Program-made: the position numbers and the translations under genes | The notes under the pieces: model-generated | What the model saw: only the letters and a program-made list of their open reading frames with translations | What the model was told of the DNA's origin: nothing | The model's database searches: none | From: the human T2T-CHM13v2.0 reference genome, Homo sapiens | Assembly (NCBI RefSeq): GCF_009914755.1 | Contig: NC_060948.1 | Reading direction: 5' to 3' (one strand) | Length of the DNA stretch: 64,000 nucleotides | Shown here: piece after piece, positions 1 through 24,325 of the stretch | How the letters are laid out: each line of letters opens with the position of its first letter | Numbering within the stretch: the first letter of the stretch is position 1

Positions 1-2730
<2,730 letters not shown>

Positions 2731-4224
2731 GACTCGGTTGTCCAGTGGAAATTGTTTTTTCCAGAAGGCAGCTCACCTGCTCCAGGGCCTCTCAGCTTTG
2801 CATTTTGGCAGTTATTTCTTTTTGAGAAACTTTATTTGCTCCACTCCCACTGTTTGAATGGGGCCCTTTGTTCCCCAAGGTTCCCCTAAATGCCAGGGCC
2901 TAATTCACAGATGGTTTGCCTAGGATGAAACCCAATGGTATCCACTCTGTTGCCATGGATGTTCAGCTTCGGCAACGTCCATGCAGAACTTGGAGTGGGG
3001 AGAACTCAAGGCTATTCTCCCAGCTCTGCCCAAGACTCTGTTGAACCTTGTTTTATTTTATGGACTTATGTGTTTTTTCCACTTGGAAAATTCATACCTC
3101 ACAGCAGCTGAGTGAGCCATGTGACATGCCACTGCAAATAGGCCCATTCAAAGGCTCTATTCTGGTGAGGCTACCTTGAATAAAGCTGCATCCCTCAGAT
3201 TACCCGACTCCTAATGGGGCCAGTGATGACCTCAGACCTGAGGCCCCACTTTGGGGCTACTGAAGGTGCCCCCTCCTTGTTCAACATTAGTTACTTTTGA
3301 ACTTATTCTACACAGTGCCAGTAATGTTTGTCAAATAACTCAAAATGGCATGCTGGTTACAATATGATCCCAGCAGTGCATGAAGAGGACAGCAAGTTCA
3401 ATGCTGAAAAAAATCTTAGCATTCTTTTTGGTCACAAACTTTCACAAATTGAACATTTGTTAAAAACAGGAGCTCTTGCAATAGAAAATACAATCTGCCT
3501 AGTCAGAAATAAAGTGTGGAGTAATGGAGATAACTCTGGCTGTTAAAAAGTAACCTTCAAGAAGGTGGGGAGATGTTATGTGGCTTGCTATATCACCCTG
3601 TCTAGACCAGTGTTTGAAACATAGAAAGAGGCTCAGAGAGTTACTGAATGAATAAATCTTATTGAACTTGTTGCCAGAGAGGTGAAACACAAGATCACTG
3701 GGAGAGGGGAGATCAAATTAGAAACAAAGCTACTTAAGCTTTTCTTCCAGCATGAAGAGAAAAAGGAGAATAAGGGCTAACAAATGGAACAAAATAAACG
3801 CTTTTCATTGTTCTTTGTCCCCATGGATACTTCTGATAGCTGATGGAGGTTAAATTGTCAGTAAGTTGCAATTTTTTGGGTGGGAGCTCTCGCAGGTGCT
3901 ATTTCCAACCTTCCTCTATAGAGAGAGGAAGAGTGCAAGGTGTTCGTCTCTATAAAAAGTTCCACTGAGACTATTTGAATAGGAACTGCATGAAGGCAGA
4001 GTTCGGGTGGGGCATGGTGTAGTGGAACAGTAGAAGAAATGGAAAACATCCATATTGGTTAATTTTTCATTCAAAACATCACCTGGAATGTCATTTAAAA
4101 AATATTGTGTTGTGTGTTATGTGTGTGGCTATATAATGCTGTTTTAATTAAAGGATGTGTTTATTTATATGGTAGGTTTTCCTAGAACTAATGAATTATT
4201 TGAAAAACGTGGGATTGTTTAAGT

Positions 4225-4736
<512 letters not shown>

Positions 4737-5275
4737 AGTTTCCCATAATTTTAATCCAATTCTCAGGACTTTTCTGAAAATCTACTATTTGAATTTAGGG
4801 CAAAATATTCTTTTTGTTGATTCTCAAACCTGGAGGCATTCATATCACCAAGGTGCTTTAAACAATACTGATACCAAAGCCACCCCAGGCCAATTAAATG
4901 TAGATGTCCCAGAGTAGGGCCTAGGCCTCTACATTTTAAAATTCCTAATTATTATTAGCGTTGAACAGCACTCATTTAAATGATGTAATACAGGAACTGA
5001 AAACCATGCACAGTTGATTTATCTTATCCACACTAAAAGTATCCACAAATAAAATGATACAATTCTGCAACTTAAACAAGAAATTATCACCTGTCATTAG
5101 TCCGTGACTTCCTATGTGCTTGTTTATATTTTGTAAAAAAAAAATTTTCTTTTGCTTAAAGAAAAATCCATAATAAAAAAGTTCTTGGTTTCAGAAAGAC
5201 AGTTTTGGAACACAGTAAAAAATATTTCCTTTTTTGCTTTGACATCTTTGTGGCAATCTGAAACTTCTAAGTCCA

Positions 5276-5601
<326 letters not shown>

Positions 5602-5759
5602 TAAGTTCATTTGTTTGTAGTAAATATTTCAGTGACTCATTAGAGAGGCAACCTAATAATAGTTGGCCTTGTGTTGTATTTCATGCTGTTAGTGTGTGAG
5701 ATTGCAAATCTAAATAAAAACCATTATAATTTCTCTATAATTAAAAACCAGCACACATT

Positions 5760-6456
<697 letters not shown>

Positions 6457-7163
6457 TGCTTTTTACTTGGATTCTCATTCACTTCCTTTTACCTTAACTG
6501 TATTAGTTCAAGTATTTTCTCTCTTTCTCCCTCCCCACCCCATCTCTCTCTGTCCCATCTCCCCCACCGTCTGTCTGTCTCTCTCCATCTCTCCCTACCA
6601 TCTGCCCAGAATTTTCCCAGAATTAGTTATGACGTTAGAGACAGAAACAGAAGTTGACTTATCGTATTACTGAATGGTACCTCAATAGCATAAAAAGGCA
6701 CATTTAACAAAAGTCTTTCCTAAAACTCACCCAAGTAATTGAAAGTTAAATGAGTCTTAACAGAGGTAAGAGAATACAATTCAATAAAAGTAGCAGAAAA
6801 GCTCAAATGACTGACACAGATAGAGATTTCCCACATATTACTTCCCAATATTGAATTAAAATTTGCCCAAAAGACCCATCTGCATATTCCAGAGCTCACC
6901 AACACATTGATATAAGGAAGGCCATATTATTTTAGTAACTATTTTTCTAGCTTGGGGTGCCTTGTAAAATCCTTTACACCTCCTTGCAGCTCTTCTTTTA
7001 TACCCATGCTTACTCCTGTGTGATTTCATTTGGCCCATTTGATTTTGAGCATTATGTATATAATGGTTTTCCTCAAATCTTTGTCTCCAGGAGAGTGAAA
7101 AGCTTTAAAAAAAGGTATTCCCTCCCTGCAGACAGGCACAGTGAGCTCCACAGAAGGCCAGCC

Positions 7164-7827
7164 TCATTCTTATGCCTTTGCATCCTTATAGCTTAGCTCC
7201 CACATATGAGTGAGAACACACAATGTCTGGTTTCCCATTCCTGAGTTACTTCACTTAGAATAATAGTCTCCAATCTCATCCACGGCACTGCAAATGCTGG
7301 TAATTCATTCCTTTTTATGGCTGCATAGTATTCCATTGTATAAATACACCACAGTTTCTTTATCCACTTGTTGATTAATGGGCATTTGGGTTAGTTCCAT
7401 GATTTTGCAGTTGTGAATTGTGCTGCTATAAACATGCAAGTGCAAGTGTGTTTTTCGAACAATGACTTCTTTTTCTCTAGGTGGATACCTAGTAGTGGGA
7501 CTGCTGGATCAAATGCTAATTCTACTTTAAGTTCTTTAAGGAATCTCCACACTGTTTTCCATAGTGGCTGTACTAGTTTACATTCCCACCAGCGGTGTAG
7601 AAGTGTTCCCTGTTCACTGCATCCATCCCAAAGACTTTGGGGTCTTGGGGAAAAGAGTGGGACGGTGGTGAGGGATAAAAGACTGCAAATATGGTGCAGT
7701 GTATACTGCTTGGGTGGTGGGTGCACCAAAATCTCACAAATCACCACTAAAGAACTTACTCATCTAACCAAATACCATGTACTTACTCATGTACCCCAAT
7801 AACTTATGGAAAAATAAAAATAAAAAA
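7164..7827. mobile_element. L1PB-like 3' fragment with 5' inversion (7164-~7628 minus, ~7632-7827 plus with A-tail)
   Basis: Minus ORF 7391-7747 carries the ORF2 C-terminus ([12 protein letters not shown]). The plus part is the L1PB 3' end (GGGTGCACCAAAATCTCACAAATCACCACTAAAGAACTTACTCAT). Degenerate TSD at 7152-7168 / 7828-7844. Confidence 0.85.
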
Positions 7828-8509
7828 AGGAGGCCAGTGTCATTGCAAGCATGGGTTGTTTAAACCACGAAGTTCTCATCTTCTCCCCATGTGTTAGTTC
7901 CCTCTCTTGGACTCTTTACCTTCTCAGTTTTTTCTGACAATGACATATTGTTTTACTAGGGACTTAAGACAGCTCTACAAAAGTCTAGGGCTACTTCATC
8001 CCCAAAGTCAACAGTTTTCAGTCATCTGAAAGCTACCTTTTAGTTCCTTATGATTCCCAAGCATAACACTTGATAACTCAGCCTTGTTCTCCTCTAACTT
8101 TGCATCTAGAAAGAAAACAAAACAAACAAACCACTGCTTTCTGACCCATTCTTTGTACAAATCATGCATTTCATATTGCAACAGAAGCTTAGGACCCTGT
8201 GTTGCTGTGTACGTGAACATGCCGTGTCTGGCATTGGTATTTTGACTTCATTATATTTTTAAATTTCAGTAATACTGAGTGAGATAAATCATAATTCCTG
8301 GTTCATGACATTTTCATCATTGTTCCAGGTATAGCCCATTTTACCTATTTAGCTAGCTATTTAATTAGGTATTGTTAATAGTATAATGGACACCCGAAAA
8401 TCTCACTGCCACGAACAAAAGAGGCCTTATACAATCAATAAATCTTCCTGTTTTGTCCACTATTATCTTATAATCTATGCCTATTATCTCTTCCTTTTTA
8501 TATGGATTT

Positions 8510-8865
<356 letters not shown>

Positions 8866-9278
8866 TAACTTTATAAAGAAAGAGTATATCCTGCCATGTA
8901 TAGTCTGTTTGCATTTTCTTTCACATACTATTATATTGAGGCATTTGTTTAACGTATCCATCTCTGTCATTAATTTATTTTGACAGCTGTACAATATTTC
9001 AGTATGTGAATACCTAAGAGTTTATGCATCTGCTGTTCTATCATCGTACATTTTATTGGTTAAGGTTCTTGCTAACATGAGCTGTGCTGCTGTAAAGTTG
9101 GTTTGTCAAGACTTTGATAATACATATGCAGTAGCTTTAGCTGCGTTCCACCAGGAGTGAAAATGAGGAATCATCATCTATGTGGGTGGTCGTTTTTTTG
9201 AAGGTGGCATCTGACTCTCTTCCAGAGTCATTGCATTAATTGATACTTGCACCAGCAAAGTATCAAAGATGCTTTGAA

Positions 9279-9393
9279 GCCAGGTGCAGCAGTTCATGCC
9301 TGTAGTACCAGCTCATTGGAAGGCTAAGAGGGGAGGATTGCCTGAATCCAGGAGTTTGAAATCAGCTTGGGGAATAGTGATACCCCATCTCTA
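9279..9393 (+). mobile_element. Alu monomer (FLAM-like)
   Basis: Left-arm-only Alu sequence. Confidence 0.75.
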
Positions 9394-10053
9394 ATTTTTT
9401 TTTTAATAAAAGATATTATGGAGCCATAAGAAGTTAACATGACCATGTAAGAATAAAAGAGGCTGCATACCGAAGAGTGTTGAGTATTTCCAGTCCCAGG
9501 CAATGAATCTGTTGAGCACCTATCAGAAAAAGCCATTGTCCATAAGAAGTAGAAATGGAGATGGACATGTGAACAAAGACTTGATAAGGTGTGACGAACA
9601 TAATAAAAATGAACACCATGAAGAAAACACTCAGCAGTGTTAGAATGTTAACACTCACGAGAGAGAACAACATCCACCGCTGGAACACTCATGGGGTGAC
9701 AATGTGAAAGCACCAGCTGTTTAGTTCTGCTGAAGCATGGTTGACACTGGTGGGTCTGGAAAGAGATGAACTTCGCTGGGGGAAAACATAAAGAGAATCT
9801 TACTGCATGATAAACAACTGTCACATCAGCAGGGGGGCTCTAGCCATGATTTTTAAAGTAGGCAACAATAATAGTAGATTCTAATTTTAGAAAGAAGGTT
9901 GTGAAGGCATCTGGATGATTGAGAAGGCAGGTTTCAGACCAGAGGCAAAGACATAAGAGCTAATACTTTCGTTGGTGTTCACCGATATTAACTCAGTGAT
10001 TACTTATGACAACACCATGAAGTTGGTATGTTTTTCCCATTTTGCAGTTGAGA

Positions 10054-10590
10054 ACAATGAGCTAACATAAATAATATCCCCAAATCCACACTTCTAAAAC
10101 CTTCCACAGGGTCTACCTGGTGTTCAGATCCAGGCAGTCTTTTTCAGGCTCTACATTTTCAGCAGCTTTTATTTAACTGATTGTCTTGGGTACTTGCAAT
10201 ATTCCAGGCATGATTCCTGCACTGGGTGATGGGGGCAGGATTGTGCATGTGTCTCGCCCTATGGAAAAGCCCAACAGGGAGATGGTCTTACGTAGCAAAA
10301 GCTCAGGGCAGAGGTGGTTGAGACACATGCAAATCTTAGAGCTCTGCAGAGCAACTAGGGAAAGGCCCCAAGAACCACTTGTAGACACCGCCTCTTTGTA
10401 TAGCTGCTGCCCCCATCACCCAGTGCAGGAATCATGCCTGGCATATTGCAAAGTACCCAAGACAATCAGTTAAATAAAAGCTGCTGAAAACATAGAGCCT
10501 GCAAAAGACTGCCTGGATCTGAACCAAATAGACCCTGTGGAAGCTTTTAGAAGTGTGGATTTGGGGATATTATTTATGTTAGCTCATTGT
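10054..10590. repeat. Long inverted repeat: arms 10054-10238 and 10407-10590, 168-bp spacer; left arm partly MIR-like
   Basis: ACAATGAGCTAACATAAATAATATCCCCAAATCCACAC...GGGGGCAG is the reverse complement of CTGCCCCC...GTGTGGATTTGGGGATATTATTTATGTTAGCTCATTGT with few mismatches. Confidence 0.95.
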
Positions 10591-11344
10591 ATAGCTGCTT
10601 GACACAAAGCAGTCTTCATCTCTGGGAAGGAAACTGAGGATCTGTGGTGGGCCCTGGTCAAAAATAAATGACCCACACCTGGCCAGAGCTCCTCACCCAA
10701 GTGGACACCAGGCCAGGGCTGGGCAAATGAGATTCTGGTTTTTACAGCATAGAGAGGAGAAGTCAGAGCCCCAGTACTGACTGGGCTCTGTAAAGTAGAG
10801 CAAGAGCATCCCCAATTCCTGCTGCATGGGCTTCTTTCCCATGCAAAGCCTCCTTGTCCAACTTGCCCTTTGATTCTATCACCTGGAACAGAATTATTTC
10901 AAGAACGGTGACGAATCCAGAAGGATGCAAAAAGAGGCTCCAGGGAAAAAAACTGGCGAAGAGACATGGGAAATCTAGGCATATGTGCTGTTTAGGAACA
11001 GGAGTTTCAAAGGAAGGGGTCTTGGGAATAAGTCAGTCCCATAAGCTCAACAAGGTAAGAGCAAAACAGTTGGGGAGATTTTGTATCCTCAGCAAGAAGT
11101 AATTCCCTGGTCTGCTGAGTGGCTTGAAGTACAATTAGTGGGAAAATTTCTGGTTCAAGATGATGGAAAATACCCCTGTTCTACTTTGAAAAAATGAACT
11201 ACAATAACGAGGAAAGGAAATAACTGTCCGTCTAGAATTCTCTTCTAAAAAGAGTATTCTCCAAAAATAAAAATGAAAAAAAAGACATTCCAATATATCC
11301 CCTCAAGAAATCTGAGAAAATACATTTCCTATAGAACCATATTA

Positions 11345-11496
11345 ATATATCTATTATCTATCTGTCTATGTATCTATCTAATCTATCTGTAATTACATAT
11401 AATTACAGATAGATTATATTAAATATATGTAATTATATATGTAAGTTCTTCCTTAAAATTAATCTTAAATATAATTACATATATTTAAGTTCTTCC
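11345..11496. repeat. AT-rich (TCTA)n/TA low-complexity block with perfect short palindromes
   Basis: 17-bp IR at 11379-11395 / 11400-11416 and 20-bp IR at 11419-11438 / 11469-11488. Confidence 0.85.
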
Positions 11497-11707
11497 AGAA
11501 GGAATGATCCCAGATGGAAACATGGAAATGTAAGAAAGAAGAAGCAATGGAAGGGATAAATAAATATAAAAACAAATCATAATGAATATTGATTATAATG
11601 TTTGTGAAAACATAATTTTTGTGAAATTTGAATTACATAATGAGAATCAAAATGTACAAATTAACAAAGAAAAAATAGAGTTTACAAACAGTCCCTGTAA
11701 TTATGGA

Positions 11708-11712
<5 letters not shown>

Positions 11713-11738
<26 letters not shown>

Positions 11739-11798
11739 CACAAAAAAATTATATACACATATCTAAATATCTCTCTCTCTATCTATCTATTTATCTAG
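11713..11798. repeat. (TA)n and (TC)/(TCTA)n microsatellites
   Basis: Read directly from the sequence. Confidence 0.85.
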
Positions 11799-12434
11799 TA
11801 TCTTATAATCCTTAATCTCTGTGTAGGTAGTTATGACAGTCATAATTTTAAAGTTTTGCAGACCAGAGTAAAAAGTCCTTTGATATTAAATAAAAAATGA
11901 ACAAGTGCACCTAATTCTCTGAAAATACAAAAAGGCTTAGATTGCTTTTCATTTCTTTTTTTGTGCATAATGGCAAGAAGCAGTAATTCACTTGGCAATA
12001 TTCTACTAATATGAGTGAGCTGACAGTTCTCCAATCATGCCACTGGTCTTCACTGGGTTCCTCTGTATAATAACTCAGGAACATCACTGCCTGTATGAAC
12101 GCTCTCAGCTGAACCAACTGAACCTCCCCTATGTGTGAAAAGCATTACAAACATTGAGACGTTGGAAATAAGTTTCTCAGGAAAAAATACCACCTGACTG
12201 CTCGACAATTCAGAATGATAATTATTTGCAGGAGGAGAAAAAGAAGCTTGTTTAATACATATCCATACCTCTCCTTCAGTCTCTTTTTGAGCACAGAAGT
12301 TGTTACCATATTGCTAGGTAACTGAGCTATCTCAGGCAATGTCCAGAAAGACCAGGGAGAAACACTCCCACTAGGAATCCCCACTTAAACGTTAGGCAAA
12401 TCCCATTAACCATTTTTTTTCTTTTCTGTTTTCT

Positions 12435-12640
12435 CATTTTTCAGAAAACAGGGTCTCGCTGTGTCACACAGCATGGAGTGCAGTGGTGCGATCATAGCTC
12501 ACTGCAGCCTCTATCTCCAGGCTCAGGTGATCTTGCTTCAGGCTCTCTGGGACTAGAGGCGTGTACCGCTTTGCCTTACTTTTTCTTTTCTGGAGCGGGT
12601 AGGGGGAGATACGAGGTCTTGTTATGTTGCCCAGGCTCCA
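12435..12640 (-). mobile_element. AluJ-like, degenerate/partial
   Basis: GGGTCTCGCTGTGTCAC...GCGATCATAGCTCACTGCAGCCTC. Confidence 0.8.
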
Positions 12641-12935
12641 TTTACCATGTTTGATATCCAAATGTTGTCCATCTGTGTCCCAGCGAAACACAGATTACTA
12701 AGAAAAAAGGCAAACTGAACTCCTGGCTTTGGCACTCCCTGGAACTCAAAGTCAACTTTGATGTGCTACATAGTGCCTGAGGAGGGCTGGGCATTCAGAG
12801 GCCCAGAAACAATGAGAAGAGGCCGGAAGGGAGTCAGCTTTGCTTTCAGACTCTCAAACACCCAAAATTCAATCTTAGAATAGAATATTCTTCAGCTGGT
12901 TCACACTAGCCACTATAGAAAATCCTGGAAGTAGG

Positions 12936-13095
12936 GCTCACACCTGTAATCCCAGCACTCTGGGCGGCCAGGGAGGGCAGATAAACTGAGATCAGGAGTT
13001 CAAGACCAGCCGGGCCAACATAGTGAAACCCCTGTCTCTACAAAAATTATCCGGGGTATGGTGGCACAGGCATATAATCCCAGCTGCAAAAAAAA
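12936..13095 (+). mobile_element. Partial Alu (left arm plus start of right arm)
   Basis: GCTCACACCTGTAATCCCAGCAC...AATCCCAGCT followed by an A-run. Confidence 0.82.
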
Positions 13096-13564
13096 GTGGT
13101 TCCAAACAGAGGCTTCCATAGACGTAACTCACAGACAGTCTACCTTTGTCAGTTAATTTTGCAGGGAATAGTTGGAAAGTTTTTAAAAGCTAGGGAAACA
13201 ATTATTCGAAACTGCTATACTAATTTCCCTAATTTAGGTCAGTGTGACTGTAGAGATGCAGGAATGGCTTGCAATATTTAAATCCACACTAGATGTAATC
13301 TAGTAGGTGCTAAGTGCGATTGTGGCATGACTACCCCAGTGAGAAATATGCCGTAGAGTGGGCAGCTTTGTCCTAAAATTAGGTTATTGTCACACACGGA
13401 GGGTTCTGTGCTTTCCTTCCCGTTTCATTTAAATGGCCAGCGTGTGGCGCTGTCTCCCGTTAAAAATCTGCTTTTGTAATTTCCAGAGGCTTCTCCCCAA
13501 ACACCTTGGTATTTATATGCCTCCGTGTAAATTTTGATAGGCTTGAAAACATCAGAGAAACTGA

Positions 13565-13873
<309 letters not shown>

Positions 13874-15327
13874 GACTTTTAACAGAATAGAGTTTCAGTA
13901 ACTCTGAAGAGCACCTGTAGATTTATCTTCATATTTAAACATGAAATTCAGAATAAATGCGATTACTTATTTGAACTTTGTTTAAAAAACTGCCTCAAAA
14001 AAGTCTCACTTTACAAAATGATAAGTACAAATTTTACTGAAAAGTATATTACGCATGTCACATGAAAAGTAGGACACTCAAAAGTTAGAAATGTCATTTT
14101 TAATTAAAAGTTACATTATTTAAGACTTCATTAAACTTTTGCTTCTATTAATTGTTTTATGCTTCTCCAAATATTTGTTTAGGGACAAGCCAGTAACATT
14201 TTTGTCATGTCAAGAGCCAGAAGTACAATGGTTACTGTTTATATTTTTAAGTGGCCTCTCATATTTGACTTTAAGTGTTCCCACCTATTTGTATGTTTTT
14301 CACTGTCTATGGCTTATATGTAGAATTTGACATGAGAGCCCTAAGTATTTATGGTTGCTTATAGTAGCATTGGTAACATTAGAAGTAGGGTAAAATTAGT
14401 TAACTGTCTTGTCACTGGGGCAAGTATTCAGTTTTACTGGCATCAGGCAGCCTGTGAAACCACTGGGTTTCAAAAACCCACCCTCCTTGCTGGGTGCAGC
14501 ATCTGTTCTGCTGTGTAAGACACCAGAATCAACAGAGGCCATCATATGTGCTGGAGAGACAGATTCACGGTAGGGTTTTGAGAGGGAAATCACACCCACA
14601 GCCAAACATCACCATAGCCATCACCAGATAATTGCCTTTGACATGTGAAAATGCACCCTCTGACACACTTTATTATTTGTAATTATTTTAACTTTGGTAA
14701 CCATTGCATCCAGGAAAAAAACTTCAGCCATGACCTAGTCTAGATTCTCAGCACAAGTGTAGAGCAGGCAGCAAACAAATTTAACACTGATTGATGGTGA
14801 CATGACATGAGAGGGCAAAGAGAAATTCTTGAGAAGTAGTGGTAGTTAGAAGTCATAGTATTAGGCAATTCTTTGTATATTTTGTAAAATAAGTTTAAAA
14901 TGTCATTAAAATAGTCTTCAGTGCAGAAAAGTAATAGGAAACACAATTCTGAAACTTTGTAAAATCTTAGGAAACATCACGGTGACTAACAAAAGTGATC
15001 TCTTTAAACTGTGTGGACTGCAACTACATTTTTATAATCTTGTTGAAAGGGAAAATGTGTTACATGCTAAAATTATACCCAAATAGGGTATCTAGCCTTG
15101 CAAGATAATAAAAGAAAGCAGAGGACTATAAATGGATGTGGTGGTCTTTTGTGCAAACAGCAGTGTATATTCAAAGACCCTATGCCGAAAGTAATAATTA
15201 TTATTTGTAAAATCATTAAATTGGCCATCAGAGACCACATGGGTACAGTACCATGAATGTGAACCTCATTCTTGCCTGAAGCCAAATTGCAAAAGATGCA
15301 AATTTGACATTTATCCATTTGGTTCTT

Positions 15328-21370
<6,043 letters not shown>

Positions 21371-21424
21371 CCATTTGGTTCTTAATTGTACCCTGTGCTG
21401 TACATTTCACCATTTATTTTTCTT

Positions 21425-21466
21425 GTGTGTGTGTGTGTGTGTGTGTCTGTGTATGTGCGTGTGTGT
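21425..21466. repeat. (TG)n microsatellite
   Basis: Read directly from the sequence. Confidence 0.9.
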
Positions 21467-22187
21467 TTTACTCTTGGCATTGGTTTGGTGATGCAATTTA
21501 AAGCTGAGCAGAAGAGAACCAAGTCTGGAGGAGAAGGAAAACAGTTAAAGAACAGTGTTAGCAGAGCTGAGCTAGCAAAGCCTGAGAACTGCACCTGAGA
21601 GTGTGGAAGTATGGGTAAATACAAGCGTACTTCCACACTCCTTGATCTTGCCACTTTTACTTTTCCTGAAGTGAACTGCAATCTCTATGAGAAGATGCAC
21701 ACTCTTGCATCATCAAATGGGGGCAATTAGAAAGGAAGCTAGACCTCATCTGTGACTTTCCTCCCTTTACTTCACTTTCCCCTGATAACCAAAACCAGGA
21801 TGACACTGTTCTGTTCATGACTCTTAAATGCTGTCATATTTAACTATTTGTTCTCCAAGTTTTTCATGAGTTCTCATTTTGCTTTTCCAAGAGAGATATG
21901 TCAGATAAAGATTATACTTGCTACCTTCACACTTTATCCTTATCCAACACAGCTGGAAAACCTTTAAAAAGGCAAATTGCTAGCCCAAAAAAACAAGGAG
22001 TCTAAGAGAGTCTTGGATAAATGTATTGGAAAAATATGTCCATTTGATTGTTAAGAAATAGATTGGTATGTCCAATCCATATCAACACACATCTAAAAAA
22101 TATACTTTCAATAAAATTAAATCATAGATTCTATTTAAATTATAATATCTGTACAATTTTTAACAGATATTTTTGTTGTTGTTGTCC

Positions 22188-22455
22188 TTTTTTTTTTTTT
22201 TTTTGAGAGAGGGTCTGGCTCTGTCACTGAGGCTGAACAAAATGTTGTGATCTGGGCTCACTGCAGCCTCAACCTCCTGGGCTTACGCAATCCTCCCACC
22301 TCAGTCTCCTGAGTTGCTGGGGACCACAGGTGTTCACCATCATGCCTGGCTAATTTTTGTACTTTTTGTATAAACGGGGTTTTACCATGTTGCTCAGGCT
22401 GGTCTCAGACCCCTGAGCTCAAGTGATCCTTCTGCCCCAGGCTCCAAAGTGCTCC
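22188..22455 (-). mobile_element. AluJ-like
   Basis: Poly(T) followed by an antisense Alu with J-type GCTCAAGTGATCCT. Confidence 0.87.
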
Positions 22456-22698
22456 TCAGATGTACTTCTGAAATCAAATATCCCTCAAAGCATAGTCCCT
22501 GGTTGAATTTATATGGAATCGCCTGGGGTATGATTTAAAAACTGACATTTCAACTCCTCACCTTAGATGTACTGACTCAGAATCGCTGAATTTAGGGTCC
22601 TGGAGTCTATCTTAAGTAAAGATTACAGAGGTTTCTCATTTTTTGCAGATAAACAGAAACAAACAAAGAAACAAACAAAGAAAAAGAAACCAATAACT

Positions 22699-22996
22699 GG
22701 CCGGGCAGGGTGGCTGCTCACTCCTGTAATCCCAGCACTTTGGGAGGCTGAGGCAGGCAACCCATTTGTGGTCAAGAGTTCGAGACCAGCCTTGCCAACA
22801 CAGCTAAACCCTGTCTCTACCAAAAATACAAAAATTAGCCGGACATGGTGGTAGGTGCCTGTAATACCAGATACTCAGGAGGCTGAGGCATGAGAACTGC
22901 TTGAACCTGGGAGGCAGAGAACGCAGTGAGCCGAGATGGTGCTACTGTACTCCAGTATGGGCAACAGAGTAAGACTCAGTCTTAAAAAAAAAAAAG
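22699..22996 (+). mobile_element. AluS
   Basis: GGCCGGGC start, A-tail, TSD GAAACCAATAACT. Confidence 0.95.
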
Positions 22997-23117
22997 GAAA
23001 CCAATAACTAAAGAAAATGCAGGGAAGAGAATAACTTTTGCAAACTGTGAAAGAGGGCTTTATTTTGTGTGATTCCTCTAGAACCTGACCAAGACAACCA
23101 CACATTTTGGTCTATCT

Positions 23118-23175
23118 TTGTTCATGTAGATATAAATAAGAGACAATTGTTCATGTAGATATAAATAAGAGACAA
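23118..23175. repeat. Perfect 29-bp tandem duplication
   Basis: TTGTTCATGTAGATATAAATAAGAGACAA x2. Confidence 0.95.
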
Positions 23176-24325
23176 TTAAGATGCTCTTCTACTCTCTTTA
23201 AATGTGTGTTTGTCTATTTAAGTAAAACCAATGTCAGCGTAAGGTTTAATTCTTCACTAGACAAATTCCGATCATGGGGGTCAAGGAGACTTGGAGAAAG
23301 ACATACTAAGCACCTTCTTACTAGCTGCACCTGAGGGTCCTACCCCTTTATCCATCATTTCCTCAGCATACTCTTAGTGTTTTCCTCCCCTGTGGCTGGC
23401 TTTCATGAACTTAGGTTGTGGCTTACCTGGTTATGTCAAAAGTCAGAGAACTTCCATGTTTCAACTTGGAAGGTGAGCTGGATAATAAATTAGGTATACA
23501 TGGGCAGAGTGAAAAAAAAAAAACTGGAATTTGACTGTTATTCTGACTTTACTAGAATGTTTTCCTTTTAAAAGTTACTTTAAGCTGCAATTAAAATAAA
23601 TAATATGAGAAAGACCTGCGTAATCACAGAGAAAGTATGTGATTATTCTAAAGGAAGAAAGCAATATAACTGCAAGTATTATTTTAACATATGCATAATA
23701 AGGTAGCCCTATATGTTTATGCCCAAGTTTCCTTTTAATAACTGACTGTTCTCCTTTATGGTTTAGTATAAAATGCATTTATTCATAGAAATGAATATGC
23801 TATGGAACCCATAGAAGTAGCACACACATTGCTTTTTTAAAAAAATACAGCGACCCTTGTGAACATCCAAAGGCTGTTTTTAAAAGCTCAGCATGCTTGT
23901 CCTTGTGATTTCACTTTCTAGAATATGCATTTCATGATATGACAGGCAAAATTATAAATCAAATTAAGATACCTAAGAAAATGTCAGTGTACATAATATC
24001 TTTGCCTTCACCAAGACCGCGTATTTGCTTTACTTTAAAACTCCAAAGAAACACTAGGAAACAATCCCCTACAGCTTTTGGAAATGTTTTTAGTAATTCA
24101 CAAATGAAAGTGACAACATTTAGAAGACAATCTGTGTATTCAGACATCATTATGTATTGACACATGCCTACTTGGGGTCACTATAGTTAGCTTCTTTACT
24201 CTTCATTAATATTAATTAACATATGTAAAAAAGATTTCCATTTGCAATTCTGAGCAATTTTAAAACAAATAACTGAACTCATGTAAGCTTAGCCCAAAAT
24301 TACTAGGTTTCCAGCCCAAGTAAAG

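Noticed and set aside
23118-23175. CRISPR-like direct repeats
   Set aside because: Two abutting copies, with no spacers and no cas genes.
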